This document shows, piece after piece, positions 37,963 to 47,753 of a stretch of 64,000 bases of DNA. Source of the DNA: Candidatus Anaeroferrophillus wilburensis (lineage in GTDB: Bacteria > Desulfobacterota > Anaeroferrophillalia > Anaeroferrophillales > Anaeroferrophillaceae); assembly GCA_016934315.1 (NCBI GenBank), contig JAFGSY010000045.1:4361-68360 (forward strand). Reading direction: 5' to 3'. A program made the translations under genes and the position numbers. The notes under the pieces are model-generated. The model was not told the origin of the DNA and did not search any database. It was given only the letters and a program-made list of their open reading frames with translations. Within the stretch, counting starts at the first letter, position 1. Every line of letters starts with the position of its first letter.

Positions 37963-39113
37963 TATCTGATCAAACGGGAAACAACAATCCGCTGGACTTC
38001 TGATGTTCCCTCACCGATATCAAGCAGCTTCTGATCCCGGTAGAATCGCTCCACATCGTACTCTTTCATCAGACCATAGCCGCCGTGAATCTGCACTGCG
38101 TGATTCACCACCCGGCCCATGGTTTCGGAACAGTACAATTTGGCCATCGCCGCTTCCTTGGAGAACGGCCGCTTATTATCCCGCAACCAGCAGGCCTTAT
38201 AGAGCAGATTCCTGGCCAGTTCAATTTCCATGGCCATATCGGCCAGCTTGAACTGGGTTACCTGGAAATCAAGCAGCGGCCGGCCGAACTGATTGCGCTC
38301 GCCGGCATAGCGCAACGCCTTTTCAAAGGCCCCCTGGGCGCCGCCCAGCCCCATGGAGCCGATACTGAGACGACCGCCGTCAAGGGTGGAAAGCATCATA
38401 TGAAAGCCGTCACCCCGCTTACCCAGCAGGTTTTCTTTGGGGACCCGGCAATCATCAAAATAGATTTCGGTGGTATTGGAAGCCCGCCACATCATCTTCT
38501 TATGCATGACCCGACAGTCAAGACCTGCAGAGCCAGCCGGCACCAGGATACAACTCATTTCCGGCCGGCCGTCAGGCCGGGTTCCGGTCACCGCCTGCAC
38601 GACAATAACCCCGGTTATGGGCGTCGAGGCATTGGTAATAAAAATCTTTGAGCCGTTGATTACCCACTCATCACCATCGAGAACGGCATTGGTTTTGGAG
38701 TTGCCGGCATCCGAGCCAGCATTGGCTTCGGTCAACCCAAAGGCAGCCAACATCTCACCGGAACACAGTGGAGGCAGCCACTTTTTCTTCTGCTCTTCCG
38801 AACCAAAATAATAGATCGGTCCGATACCTAAAGAGTTGCCGGCGGCAACCGTTGCCGCCTGCGAACCATCCACCCGGGCAATTTCCTCCACTGCGATAAT
38901 GTAAGAAACATAATCAAGTCCGGAACCGCCATACTCAGGTGAAACAAACATGCCAAAAAGCCCCAGGTCCGCCATCTTCCTGGTCACTTCCAGTGAGAAT
39001 TCCTCCCGCTCATCGAGCTCCTGCGCTACCGGAGCTATCTCCTTCTCAGCAAAGGATCGTACACTTTTGCGGAGAATCTCCTGTTCTTCAGTCAGATCAA
39101 AATTCAAAGCCAT
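37962..39113 (-). CDS. acyl-CoA dehydrogenase (isovaleryl-CoA dehydrogenase-like)
   Basis: 383 aa. GLTEANAGSDAG; C-terminal QIHGGYGLMKEYDVERFYRDQKLLDIGEGTSEVQR. Confidence 0.85.
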   Translation of the reverse strand: MALNFDLTEEQEILRKSVRSFAEKEIAPVAQELDEREEFSLEVTRKMADLGLFGMFVSPEYGGSGLDYVSYIIAVEEIARVDGSQAATVAAGNSLGIGPIYYFGSEEQKKKWLPPLCSGEMLAAFGLTEANAGSDAGNSKTNAVLDGDEWVINGSKIFITNASTPITGVIVVQAVTGTRPDGRPEMSCILVPAGSAGLDCRVMHKKMMWRASNTTEIYFDDCRVPKENLLGKRGDGFHMMLSTLDGGRLSIGSMGLGGAQGAFEKALRYAGERNQFGRPLLDFQVTQFKLADMAMEIELARNLLYKACWLRDNKRPFSKEAAMAKLYCSETMGRVVNHAVQIHGGYGLMKEYDVERFYRDQKLLDIGEGTSEVQRIVVSRLIR

Positions 39114-39379
39114 CGGGCAACCCCCTCTTTCCTTTTTATCACTTTACGTTAACTGTTAAGTTGTGGATAAAAAAAAATGCGCGTGAAGCTCTTTTTCGTT
39201 AGCGCATTTCCCCCCTCATGTCAATGAAAAAGAACAATAATTTGCATCTTGATTATTGGGAAACCACTGTGCTAGTCTACAATTTGTCGTCGTGAGACCT
39301 AAGCCATCAATCAGGCATGGCACCGGAACACCGTACCATTTACCCATGCCGAATCTGAACAAAACAGCTGGAGGATTCA

Positions 39380-39574
39380 ATGTGTCAATCTAATGCTTTT
39401 TTAATCAAGGAAAACGGAACCGAAGAGATGGTCATGGAAAATGTCTCCCTGATCACCCCTTTGGAAGACGGTTCGCTCGAACTGACGGGCCTGTTTGGTG
39501 AACGTTTGAACGTCAAAGCTACCATCAAGGAGATGGATCTGCTGAAGCATCGGATCCTGATCCAGGAAGATTGA
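39380..39574 (+). CDS. cooT: CooT-family small nickel-binding protein (64 aa, N-terminal Met-Cys)
   Basis: MCQSNAFLIKENGTEEMVMENVSLI...LTGLFGE. MC start and size or pattern match CooT family. Orphan (no cooS/cooC adjacent). Confidence 0.5.
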   Translation: MCQSNAFLIKENGTEEMVMENVSLITPLEDGSLELTGLFGERLNVKATIKEMDLLKHRILIQED

Positions 39575-39736
39575 TGAACTCGTAACAACTGGCAATAAGC
39601 CTTGGAAACCGGATGGCATAGTAACAGCTCCAGATTTGAGGCAAGCAAAACCTGATGAATGGGTTGACCATACAGTACGCCGCAGTGACGAAGGTTGCTG
39701 CTTGAAGAAGAAGGTGGAGTTGTTACGAAGCCATCA
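39573..39736 (+). repeat. copy B of the roughly 163-nt conserved intergenic element
   Basis: Begins at the cooT stop codon (tgatgaactcgtaacaactggcaataagccttggaaaccggatggca...) and ends gtggagttgttacgaagccatca. Lies between convergent cooT and nfi. Confidence 0.6.
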
Positions 39737-39743
39737 AGATTGA

Positions 39744-40610
39744 TCAGCCCTGCCTGAAGGGATGCGCAGCCAGCCAATCCTGCCTCATCCGGTTGACATG
39801 ATGATGAGCCTGGCGGGTGACCTCAGGCAATCGGTAGCACCCGGTCAACTGTAGTATCAGTGCTGCAGCTGTTGCAACGCTGATCCGGTGACCGGGAGAA
39901 ACAAAAACCGGTTTAACCCGGTCCCGCGTCCTGACAACCATGCCAATCTGCCTGTTGTCTACCCCCATCAACGGTACCATGCTGCCTTTCTTTTCCCCCG
40001 GCATCCTATACGTTCCCACCAGCCTTTTTTTGGCGCAACCTATTGTCGGCAGATCAAAAAGGATTCCCAGATGGGAAGCCAGCCCCAGACCACGGGGATG
40101 GGCAATTCCCTGGCCATCACTGACCAGCAGATCAGGAAGGACAGAAAGCCGACTGAGAATTGCTGCCAGCAACGGTCCTTCACGAAAGGATAACAACCCC
40201 GGAAGATAAGGAAACTGCGACTTGGCCTGATGCTGGCACACCGACAAAAGGGTCAATCCAGGATAACTGAAGGTCAAAACGGCAGCAAAAAGCATTCCGG
40301 TACGCTGATCATAGGAGATATCAGCCCCGGCAACCGTTCCCAGCGGCCACGGAAACCGGTCGGCAATGACAACCTGCTCTCGCAGATGACGCTGAACCTC
40401 CACCGCTTCGGTAGGTGAAAGCTGCCAGGAATGGGATTCCAACATATCATTCATACCGTCACCTGGCACATGTACGGGCTTGGCAATTGCAACGCTGCCA
40501 GCAGTGGGAAAACACCGGGTAAAAGTTCCCGAAACAGCATATTCAGCTTTTTCCCATTTCTGCCATGCAGAGATCCGCTTGTCAAGAGAAGGGAGAACTG
40601 CTATAGCCAA
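39744..40610 (-). CDS. nfi: endonuclease V (deoxyinosine 3' endonuclease)
   Basis: GADISYD ... GIAHPRGLGLASHLG motifs of the endonuclease V family. Confidence 0.75.
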   Translation of the reverse strand: MAIAVLPSLDKRISAWQKWEKAEYAVSGTFTRCFPTAGSVAIAKPVHVPGDGMNDMLESHSWQLSPTEAVEVQRHLREQVVIADRFPWPLGTVAGADISYDQRTGMLFAAVLTFSYPGLTLLSVCQHQAKSQFPYLPGLLSFREGPLLAAILSRLSVLPDLLVSDGQGIAHPRGLGLASHLGILFDLPTIGCAKKRLVGTYRMPGEKKGSMVPLMGVDNRQIGMVVRTRDRVKPVFVSPGHRISVATAAALILQLTGCYRLPEVTRQAHHHVNRMRQDWLAAHPFRQG

Positions 40611-40665
40611 AAAACATTGTCTACCATCGTCTTACAACCCTCTGCCGGCCAACGTTGATATCCAG

Positions 40666-42030
40666 ATGCCAGAACCACTGCCGATTACCGCGCTGGTCAC
40701 CCTGGGGTGCCCGAAAAATCAGGTTGATGCTGAACAGCTCCTCCAGCTGCTGACGGCCGCCCGGTTTCCCCTGACGGCCCGACCGGAAGAGGCCGGCATT
40801 ATTATCGTCAACACCTGCGCTTTTATCCAGCCGGCAGTCGAAGAATCGCTGGAGACAATCCTGGAGCTGGCGGAATTGAAAAATACCGGCTCCTGCCGTT
40901 ACCTGGCGGTCGCCGGCTGCCTGCCCCAACGATACGGCAAAAAACTCCTTGAGGAAGTTCCGGAAATTGACCTGGCTGTGGGGACTTCATCGTTTCCCCT
41001 GCTCCCTGCCCTGCTGGAAAAACTCCATGCCGGCATTCCGGTCGCCAGATTTCATGCCGGCACCACCAATTATGCCGACTTGACGGCCATCCCGCAGATA
41101 TGCAGTCAGCCATACACCGCCTATCTTAAAATTGCCGAGGGCTGCAACAACCATTGCAGTTACTGCTTCATACCGCAGATTAAAGGACCACAAACCAGTT
41201 TTGCCCCGTCGCTGCTGCTGGATAAAGCCCGCCGGATGGCAGATTACGGCATCAGGGAATTAAATATTATTGCCCAGGATATTACCGCCTACGGCCGGGA
41301 ACGCCCCGGACAGTCAACCCTGGTACCCCTGCTGGAACAACTGGCAGCCATTGACGGGCTCAGCTGGCTGCGGTTGCTCTATGCCTATCCGGGCAAGATA
41401 ACTGATGAACTGATCACGCTGCTGGGAAAAGAAGAGAAAATCTGTCCCTACCTTGACCTGCCGATCCAGCATATCAGTGGGCATATCCTGCAGCGGATGA
41501 ACCGCCATGATCAACCGGAAACAATCAGACAGACGATCCACAAACTGCAGTCGCTAGGGCGCACCATACACCTGAGGAGCACGGTCATTGTCGGTTTCCC
41601 CGGTGAAACCGATCACGATTTTCAGCTTCTGCTTGATTTTATTGCTGAAGGCCACTTCACCTATCTCGGCTGTTTTCCCTATTGGCCGGAAACCGGAACC
41701 CGGGCTGCTTCCCTTGATCAACAAGTGGAGGACCGGGTGAAGGAAGAGCGTTGCCGGGCGATCATGACCTGCCAGCAGGAAGTAACCAGCCGGCAGCTGG
41801 CGGTCTACCGGGGCAAAAGCATTCCTTTGCTGGTTGAAGGGGTAAGCAGCGAAACCGAACTGCTGCTCCAGAGCAGAACCTCTTTCCAGGCTCCTGATAT
41901 TGATGGGGTTACCTATATCACTGATGGTTTTGCCACTCCGGGAACCATCATCAACGGCAAGATTCACGAGGCCCATGAGTATGACCTTTTTGCCGAACTC
42001 CCCGAAGCACACCCCCTGGATCACGACTGA
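40666..42030 (+). CDS. rimO: ribosomal protein S12 methylthiotransferase RimO (radical SAM MTTase)
   Basis: Start at MPEPLPITALVTLGCPKNQVDAE (MTTase N-terminal domain; the longer ORF from 40480 overlaps nfi). Radical-SAM CNNHCSYC. TRAM-like C-terminus. Confidence 0.8.
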   Translation: MPEPLPITALVTLGCPKNQVDAEQLLQLLTAARFPLTARPEEAGIIIVNTCAFIQPAVEESLETILELAELKNTGSCRYLAVAGCLPQRYGKKLLEEVPEIDLAVGTSSFPLLPALLEKLHAGIPVARFHAGTTNYADLTAIPQICSQPYTAYLKIAEGCNNHCSYCFIPQIKGPQTSFAPSLLLDKARRMADYGIRELNIIAQDITAYGRERPGQSTLVPLLEQLAAIDGLSWLRLLYAYPGKITDELITLLGKEEKICPYLDLPIQHISGHILQRMNRHDQPETIRQTIHKLQSLGRTIHLRSTVIVGFPGETDHDFQLLLDFIAEGHFTYLGCFPYWPETGTRAASLDQQVEDRVKEERCRAIMTCQQEVTSRQLAVYRGKSIPLLVEGVSSETELLLQSRTSFQAPDIDGVTYITDGFATPGTIINGKIHEAHEYDLFAELPEAHPLDHD

Positions 42031-42803
42031 TGGCCAACTTCAGTTTTACCAGCCGGATTACGGCATCAACCGCCTGTTTTGACCAGCAGGAATACTATCA
42101 CACCGTCAAAGTACTGCGCCAGAAAGTTGGTTCAACCATTCGCTTCCTCGACGGTTGCGGCGGCGTCTACCGGGGCACCATCAGCTGCATTGATCCCGGC
42201 AAGCAGACTTTTGAGGCAACCATCGAGGAAACCCGCCAGTCGCCGCCGCCCAGACCGGCAGTCACCCTGGCAATAGCTCTGCCAAAGGGAAAAAAATTTG
42301 ATATCATCGTCCAGAAGGCGGTGGAACTTGGCATTCAGCGCATCATACCCCTGGTGAGCCGTTATTCGATGGTCAAACCTGGCAACGACCGGGAGGTAGC
42401 CCGCAAACACGCACAACGGCAGAAAACCGCTCTAGAAGCGCTCAAACAATGCGGCAACCCCTTTCTGCCTGAGCTGTGCCTGCCTCTTGCCCTCACCTCC
42501 CTGCCAGCCCTGGCCGACCACCGGAAAATCGCCCTGGTATTTGACAACCATGCAACCACGGGCATCTCGTCATGTACCACGCTCCTGGCCGCTGCTGATG
42601 AGATCATCATTATCATCGGCCCGGAAGGCGGTTTCGCCCGCGAGGAAATCATCTGGTTGAACAGCCGGGGATACCGGCCGGTGAGCCTTGGCAGCCCCAT
42701 TCTCCGCCTTGAAACCGCAGCCATCGCTGCCATGGCCATCATCCAGTATCTGAACAATTATTTTCAGCCGGTAAAAAACCTTCAAGAAATTGACCTGAAA
42801 TGA
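42030..42803 (+). CDS. rsmE: 16S rRNA (uracil1498-N3)-methyltransferase
   Basis: 257 aa. SPOUT fold with IIIGPEGGF and C-terminal LGSPILRLETAAIAA typical of RsmE. Start overlaps rimO stop. Confidence 0.8.
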   Translation: MANFSFTSRITASTACFDQQEYYHTVKVLRQKVGSTIRFLDGCGGVYRGTISCIDPGKQTFEATIEETRQSPPPRPAVTLAIALPKGKKFDIIVQKAVELGIQRIIPLVSRYSMVKPGNDREVARKHAQRQKTALEALKQCGNPFLPELCLPLALTSLPALADHRKIALVFDNHATTGISSCTTLLAAADEIIIIIGPEGGFAREEIIWLNSRGYRPVSLGSPILRLETAAIAAMAIIQYLNNYFQPVKNLQEIDLK

Positions 42804-42863
42804 CGATCATACCCCAAACTGAAAAATCTGTTCGGAAAAACGTATCGATTTATCATTTTAGCA

Positions 42864-43526
42864 ATGTTGCGAGGTTTACCCATGAAATGTCCCAAATGTG
42901 GTTTTACCAGCTTTGATTACCTCACAGAATGCATCAAATGCGGCCACCAGCTGGAAGAGGCAAGAAAACAGCTGAATCTCCTGAACAGCAAGCCGGTCCT
43001 TTTCGTTGAAGAACCGCCGATCGAGGAATCCGCAGAGATTGAAATGGTGGCAGAGGAAGACACCGAGGACGTTGTCGAACAGCCGGAAAACAAGGATGAT
43101 GATCAGGATGTCGAAAGGATTATTCTGGCAAGCAGCACCACCGATACTCCACTGCCCCTGGAAGGCTTGGGCACGATGGACAGCCTGGGTTCCATGGAAG
43201 ATATCCAGCCGGAGGCGGTGGTTGTAGGAAACGACTTTACCACCATGGATAAATCGCAGACAACAGCAGATACGGACGACATGCTCACCAACGGAGAATC
43301 ATTGGCTGATCTGGAAATCCTGGGAGAGGCCAGCCAGGAAGAAGATGAAGAATTTCTAGATCTTGATGATGCCATCTCAGAAGTGGACAGCAAGAGTGGC
43401 ACAACGCGTTCAGAAGGCGGCAAAGTGATCGAATTAAACGATGACGATCAGATTTTTGATCTCGAACTTGACCTGAATGACCCTGACAACCTGGAACACA
43501 TTCTGGCGGTGGATAAAAACGACTGA
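42864..43526 (+). CDS. zinc-ribbon protein with long acidic disordered tail
   Basis: MKCPKCGFTSFDYLTECIKCGH (CxxC...CxxC), then about 180 aa of D/E-rich low complexity. Probable start 42882. Confidence 0.45.
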   Translation: MLRGLPMKCPKCGFTSFDYLTECIKCGHQLEEARKQLNLLNSKPVLFVEEPPIEESAEIEMVAEEDTEDVVEQPENKDDDQDVERIILASSTTDTPLPLEGLGTMDSLGSMEDIQPEAVVVGNDFTTMDKSQTTADTDDMLTNGESLADLEILGEASQEEDEEFLDLDDAISEVDSKSGTTRSEGGKVIELNDDDQIFDLELDLNDPDNLEHILAVDKND

Positions 43527-43552
43527 CCGACCACCGATTGACTCGCGAGTAT

Positions 43553-43585
43553 AAAAAAACGGCGCCTGAAGGCGCCGTTTTTTTT
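43553..43585. terminator. bidirectional rho-independent terminator
   Basis: aaaaaaacggcgcc-tgaa-ggcgccgttttttttt between convergent genes. Confidence 0.85.
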
Positions 43586-43589
43586 ACGA

Positions 43590-44663
43590 CTACTTTTTCT
43601 TGCCGGTCGCAGCCGGCAGACCGACGTTGATAGCTTTTTCAAAACTTTCGGCAACGGCGGTAATACTCATGTTCTCCGGCACAATCTCCCAGCTGCCAAT
43701 CCCCTTCCCCAGCGATTCGGCAATCCGGACCCGCATATAGCGCTCACCGCCGTCACCTTCATAGGCTTCCGCTTCCCAGCGTTTGGATGCGGCCTCGGCT
43801 TTACCAAGAGCCATAATCCCCTCGGACTCCATTTTAGCCGCCTCCATGGCATTCTTTGCCTCCACCATCTGAGCTTCCGAAGCCAGAACAATACGGCGCT
43901 TTGCAGCTTCCGCTTTCTGGATTTCGGCCAGCTTAAAGCCATTGGCCTCTTCTTCCATCCTCTTGGATGCTTCGATAGCGGCCAGCGTTTTATTCTTGTT
44001 GATTTCGATATCTTTTGCCGACAGGGTTTTTTCCGTCAGCTTCGTAACAATCTCTTCACTGAACAACAATTTTTTAAATTCAATCGAACTAACCTCCAGT
44101 CCCCGAGGCTTCAACTCTTCGTTCATGCCATCTTTCGAAATGGCAATGATCTGTTCTTTTACTTCACCTTTGAAAATAGATTCAACCTCATAGTAGCCGG
44201 ACTTGTTGCGGATAACCGATCTAGCTGTGTTGCGAATCAGACTGACCACATCATCGGCGGCCAGCGAAGTGACAAAGACATCAGCCATTTCAGGAATAAC
44301 CCGATACCAGATGCTAACGTCAGCTTTGATAATTTCACTATCCATAGTTTCCAGGTTGACGCTGCCTGTTTCATTAGCCAGCTTGTTTTCAGCACAGCCG
44401 CCATTTACCAATTCCAGGTTGGACTCGGAGATATCGACAATAATAACCCGTTGGGCCAGAGGATTAAAGCCGGAGAGAAACCAGACGTATTTACCAGGCT
44501 GCAGCTCCTTCTCCTGGACCCCGCGGTGCTCGCCATACAGGTTAACCAGCACACCACGCTGATGCGCCCTTATCTCCGGCGAAAGATAGACGGCGACATT
44601 GCCCGCTATAAAAAGCAGGACACCGACAGCAACCAGAACGGTCATTTTGGTTATATACTTCAT
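43590..44663 (-). CDS. SPFH/Band-7 (prohibitin/flotillin-like) domain membrane protein
   Basis: N-terminal TM. SPFH core, then alanine/glutamate-rich coiled coil (EASKRMEEEANGFKLAEIQKAEAAKRR...). Confidence 0.7.
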   Translation of the reverse strand: MKYITKMTVLVAVGVLLFIAGNVAVYLSPEIRAHQRGVLVNLYGEHRGVQEKELQPGKYVWFLSGFNPLAQRVIIVDISESNLELVNGGCAENKLANETGSVNLETMDSEIIKADVSIWYRVIPEMADVFVTSLAADDVVSLIRNTARSVIRNKSGYYEVESIFKGEVKEQIIAISKDGMNEELKPRGLEVSSIEFKKLLFSEEIVTKLTEKTLSAKDIEINKNKTLAAIEASKRMEEEANGFKLAEIQKAEAAKRRIVLASEAQMVEAKNAMEAAKMESEGIMALGKAEAASKRWEAEAYEGDGGERYMRVRIAESLGKGIGSWEIVPENMSITAVAESFEKAINVGLPAATGKKK

Positions 44664-44811
44664 CTATGTTCAGCTCCTTACCATAATAAAAACCTTGCAA
44701 AAGCGACCGGCTATCAGCCAGACCCTCCCGGGAAAAGGTAACGTATTGGGAAGCTTAACAAAACCAGTTACTCCCCGTCAATAAAAAACTCCCCGGCCAC
44801 ACTTCAACCAG

Positions 44812-45423
44812 CTACAGGTAATCGACCTGCCCCTTACCCTCCCGAATAATTTCAGGCGCCGTGGTGGTAAGGTCGATAATGGTTGATGACTCGGAAACGA
44901 TATCCCCAGCATCCAGCAGATAGTCAACCACATGGGAAAACCGGTCAACAAGGCCGGCAACGGAGCCAACAACCTGGCCCTGATCGTCTCTGGCACTGAC
45001 GGCAAGCAGGGCGCTGCCAAGTCCGGCAAGCAATGCCTGGCAGGCTGGACGGTCAGGAACCCGGACGCCAACGGTTCTCCGCTTGGTCATGACCATCTTG
45101 GGCACCTGCCGGGAAGCCGGCAAAATAAAGGTATAAGGACCGGGAATCAATCCTTTCATACAGCGATAGGCCTGTTTACTGACGACTGCATAACGACTGA
45201 TATCGGTCAAATCTGCACACACAAGAGTAAACTGTTTCTGCTTCTTGCCGGTTTTCAACGCATACAGCCGCTGAACACCCTGTCTGGCATCGATGGAACA
45301 GACAGCGGCATAGTTGGTATCAGTGGGAACAATAGCCAAGCCGCCATCGCTCAACTGATCCACCACCTGATTGAGCAGCCGATCCTTGGGGACATCATCA
45401 TAGAGGGATAACACGGTGAGCAT
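44812..45423 (-). CDS. tsaC: L-threonylcarbamoyladenylate synthase (YrdC/TsaC family)
   Basis: 203 aa. AIVPTDTNYAAVC ... GPYTFIL ... VGVRVPD. YrdC domain signature. Confidence 0.8.
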   Translation of the reverse strand: MLTVLSLYDDVPKDRLLNQVVDQLSDGGLAIVPTDTNYAAVCSIDARQGVQRLYALKTGKKQKQFTLVCADLTDISRYAVVSKQAYRCMKGLIPGPYTFILPASRQVPKMVMTKRRTVGVRVPDRPACQALLAGLGSALLAVSARDDQGQVVGSVAGLVDRFSHVVDYLLDAGDIVSESSTIIDLTTTAPEIIREGKGQVDYL

Positions 45424-45594
45424 GAGGCGATCCTGGATACCATTGACGTATGCTGAGCAAGTACGGCTTGATCGTTATGAATCTATTCACGGTGGAACAA
45501 CCTGTCAGAGTCAGGGACGCCGGCATTCGCTCGCCCGCACGTCGGTCGGATGACGCATGGGCTTACCGAACATGCAAAAAGTTCCCCTGTCCGG

Positions 45595-46299
45595 CTATAA
45601 CTTCTCTCTTTCCACCGGGGGGGTCGGTTTCTCCGGCAAAGGTTCTTCAGTAGATAATTGGAATTGCTGTTTCAATTCTTCTATCCGTCGCTGCAACTCC
45701 GGAAGAATTTCCTGTTGGACCTTCTCCTTGTAATGCTCCCCCTCCTGGAGAAGCTGCTCCAGGGTTTCCCGCAGGGAGCGCTGCAGATCACGATACTCAA
45801 CTGACTGCGGCACATCCTTCAAGTCATTAAGGAACTCCTCAAACGTTTTACTCATGACCTCGGAAGTTTCCTCCAGAGTTTCCCGGTTTCTTTGCAGGTA
45901 GTAGGCCAAGCTTGTGCAGCCGGCAATCGTTTCATTGTCTCGGATGGGCACCAGAGAGGCTTTCCTGCCCTTTTTAATCATGATCGCTTTTTTGCCTACC
46001 ACTACCGGATCATTATCAAGAACAAACACATTATTCCGTGAGGCTACGGCCCGCTGGGCATCCTGGATACGTACCTGAACGAGAAACATGCCGTCCTCAT
46101 GGACGCGAATCATACCAATGGTACCAACGGGATACTCTTTAAAATAAACCCGATCACCTTCGCTGAGTCCCTGCAGCTGGTCAAACTCCAGGTTGAATTT
46201 CAGGTCATTGTCCATCCCCATACAGGCACTGCAGATCAGCACACCAACCAGCAGCAGCAGCCCGAGAACATACTTATAGCGTTTCCCTGTCATGCTCAC
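45595..46299 (-). CDS. lipoprotein with MlaD/MCE-like domain and C-terminal coiled coil
   Basis: Lipobox LICSAC. VYFKEYPVGTIGMIRVHEDGMFLVQVRI resembles MlaD domain. Confidence 0.45.
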   Translation of the reverse strand: MSMTGKRYKYVLGLLLLVGVLICSACMGMDNDLKFNLEFDQLQGLSEGDRVYFKEYPVGTIGMIRVHEDGMFLVQVRIQDAQRAVASRNNVFVLDNDPVVVGKKAIMIKKGRKASLVPIRDNETIAGCTSLAYYLQRNRETLEETSEVMSKTFEEFLNDLKDVPQSVEYRDLQRSLRETLEQLLQEGEHYKEKVQQEILPELQRRIEELKQQFQLSTEEPLPEKPTPPVEREKL

Positions 46300-47087
46300 C
46301 CCCTTGTTTCAGGCAGATCATCAGTACCCGCAGTTTCATCAGCTTTCTCTTTTTTACCGAAAATCCGGGCGACAATGATGCTGATTTCATAGAGAATCAT
46401 CAGCGGACCCGCCATCATCAGCTGACTGAGAACATCCGGTGGCGTCAAAATAGCAGAAATAACAAAAACGCCGAGGAAAGCATATTTGCGCTGGCGAACC
46501 AGCATGGCAGCATTGATTACCCCGATACGGGCCAGAAAGAGACTGAAAACCGGCAGCTCAAAAACCACTCCGAAGGCAAAGAGCATTCGGGTGGCAAAGG
46601 CAAAATACTCTTTTACCGAGGGTAGCGGCCTGATAAAGTCGGTGGCAAAACCGACAAAAAAGCGAAAACCAAAAGGGAAAACTACATAGTAGCCGAACAT
46701 GGCACCGCCGGCAAAAAAAACCGTCGAGAAAAAAACGAAGGGCAAGATGTATTTTTTTTCTTCGGAATAGAGCCCGGGGGCAACAAACTTCCAGATCTCA
46801 TAGAGAATAACCGGCGCCGCGATAAAAAAGGCAGCAACCAGGGCTACCTTAAGATAGGTAAAGAATGCTTCCGGCAAACCGGTAAAAATAAGCCCCTGGT
46901 CCGGCGGCATGACCGCCAACAAGGGAGCCATCAACAACTGGAAAAGATCCTTGGCAAAATAATAGGTGCCGCAAAATGCCAGTCCGACTGCAACAAAACA
47001 AGCTATCAGCCGCCGGCGCAATTCTTCCAGGTGTTCTGTCAGGGTCAATCCCTGCTCTTTAGCTTCCTGCTTCTGCGCCTTGCTCAT
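46296..47087 (-). CDS. tatC: twin-arginine translocase subunit TatC
   Basis: Start at [28 protein letters not shown] (TatC N-terminus). Six TM helices. PPD motif. Overlaps tatA 3' end by about 28 bp in a different frame. Confidence 0.85.
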   Translation of the reverse strand: MSKAQKQEAKEQGLTLTEHLEELRRRLIACFVAVGLAFCGTYYFAKDLFQLLMAPLLAVMPPDQGLIFTGLPEAFFTYLKVALVAAFFIAAPVILYEIWKFVAPGLYSEEKKYILPFVFFSTVFFAGGAMFGYYVVFPFGFRFFVGFATDFIRPLPSVKEYFAFATRMLFAFGVVFELPVFSLFLARIGVINAAMLVRQRKYAFLGVFVISAILTPPDVLSQLMMAGPLMILYEISIIVARIFGKKEKADETAGTDDLPETRG

Positions 47088-47358
47088 CGGCTTGATCTTC
47101 CGTCTTATCAGTTTCATCGAGGCCGATGGTCGGCGGTACTTTTGCCACTTCCTGTTTGGCCACCGCCTGCTGCACATCAGTCTCCGTTGGTTTTTTATCC
47201 TCTGCGTAGATGGAATCTTTCAGGTCATCTGTTGCCCGCCGGAATTCCGCCATACCACGACCAAGTGACTTTGCCAGATCCGGCAGTTTCTTCGGTCCGA
47301 TAACCACCAACGCCACCACCAGTATCAAGATCAATTCAGGCATTCCTATGCCAAACAT
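47059..47358 (-). CDS. tatA: twin-arginine translocase TatA/E
   Basis: Start [40 protein letters not shown]. Canonical TatA TM plus amphipathic helix. Confidence 0.8.
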   Translation of the reverse strand: MFGIGMPELILILVVALVVIGPKKLPDLAKSLGRGMAEFRRATDDLKDSIYAEDKKPTETDVQQAVAKQEVAKVPPTIGLDETDKTEDQADEQGAEAGS

Positions 47359-47753
47359 GGAACAACCCCTCCCCCGAGCAGCACTCTCAAACTGTTCCCA
47401 TGGCAGGATGCCAATTCCTCCTGCCGACATATACGTCTATAATAAGTACCATCATGAATGTCAAACACTATCCCCATGCTTGGCAGAGGGAAGGCGCTCA
47501 ATGAACATCAAAAGCCCTCGGCAACGGGGCATTATTGGAAAATCGACGGCTCAGCTTTTCATCCCCTTCCAACGGTCATGTTCTCAGCAGCCAAACATCA
47601 TATTGATCAGGACCGGCTGCAGGGGAAGAATTGGCAATCGTTTGGCGTGACAAGTAATCTATTTGACAAGATTTCACGGTTTCAGTTATAGAGGTATACG
47701 GTAAACCATGGCCGCTCCCTGCCACTTAATCCTCTGAAAACTCAACTTAATCC

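Noticed and set aside
40480-40665. N-terminal 62-aa extension of rimO ORF
   Set aside because: It overlaps the 3' end of nfi on the opposite strand and lacks homology. The MTTase domain starts at MPEPLPITALVTLGCPKN.
45424-45594. Possible SRP/4.5S-like small RNA in the tsaC upstream gap (contains gtcagagtcaggg and ggatgacgc)
   Set aside because: It lacks the universally conserved helix-8 GGAA...AGCA motifs and does not form a convincing long hairpin. More likely just promoter or leader sequence.
47059-47430. Longer TatA ORF starting [13 protein letters not shown]...
   Set aside because: A canonical TatA N-terminus ([26 protein letters not shown]) begins at the internal Met at 47358. The upstream extension is not TatA-like.
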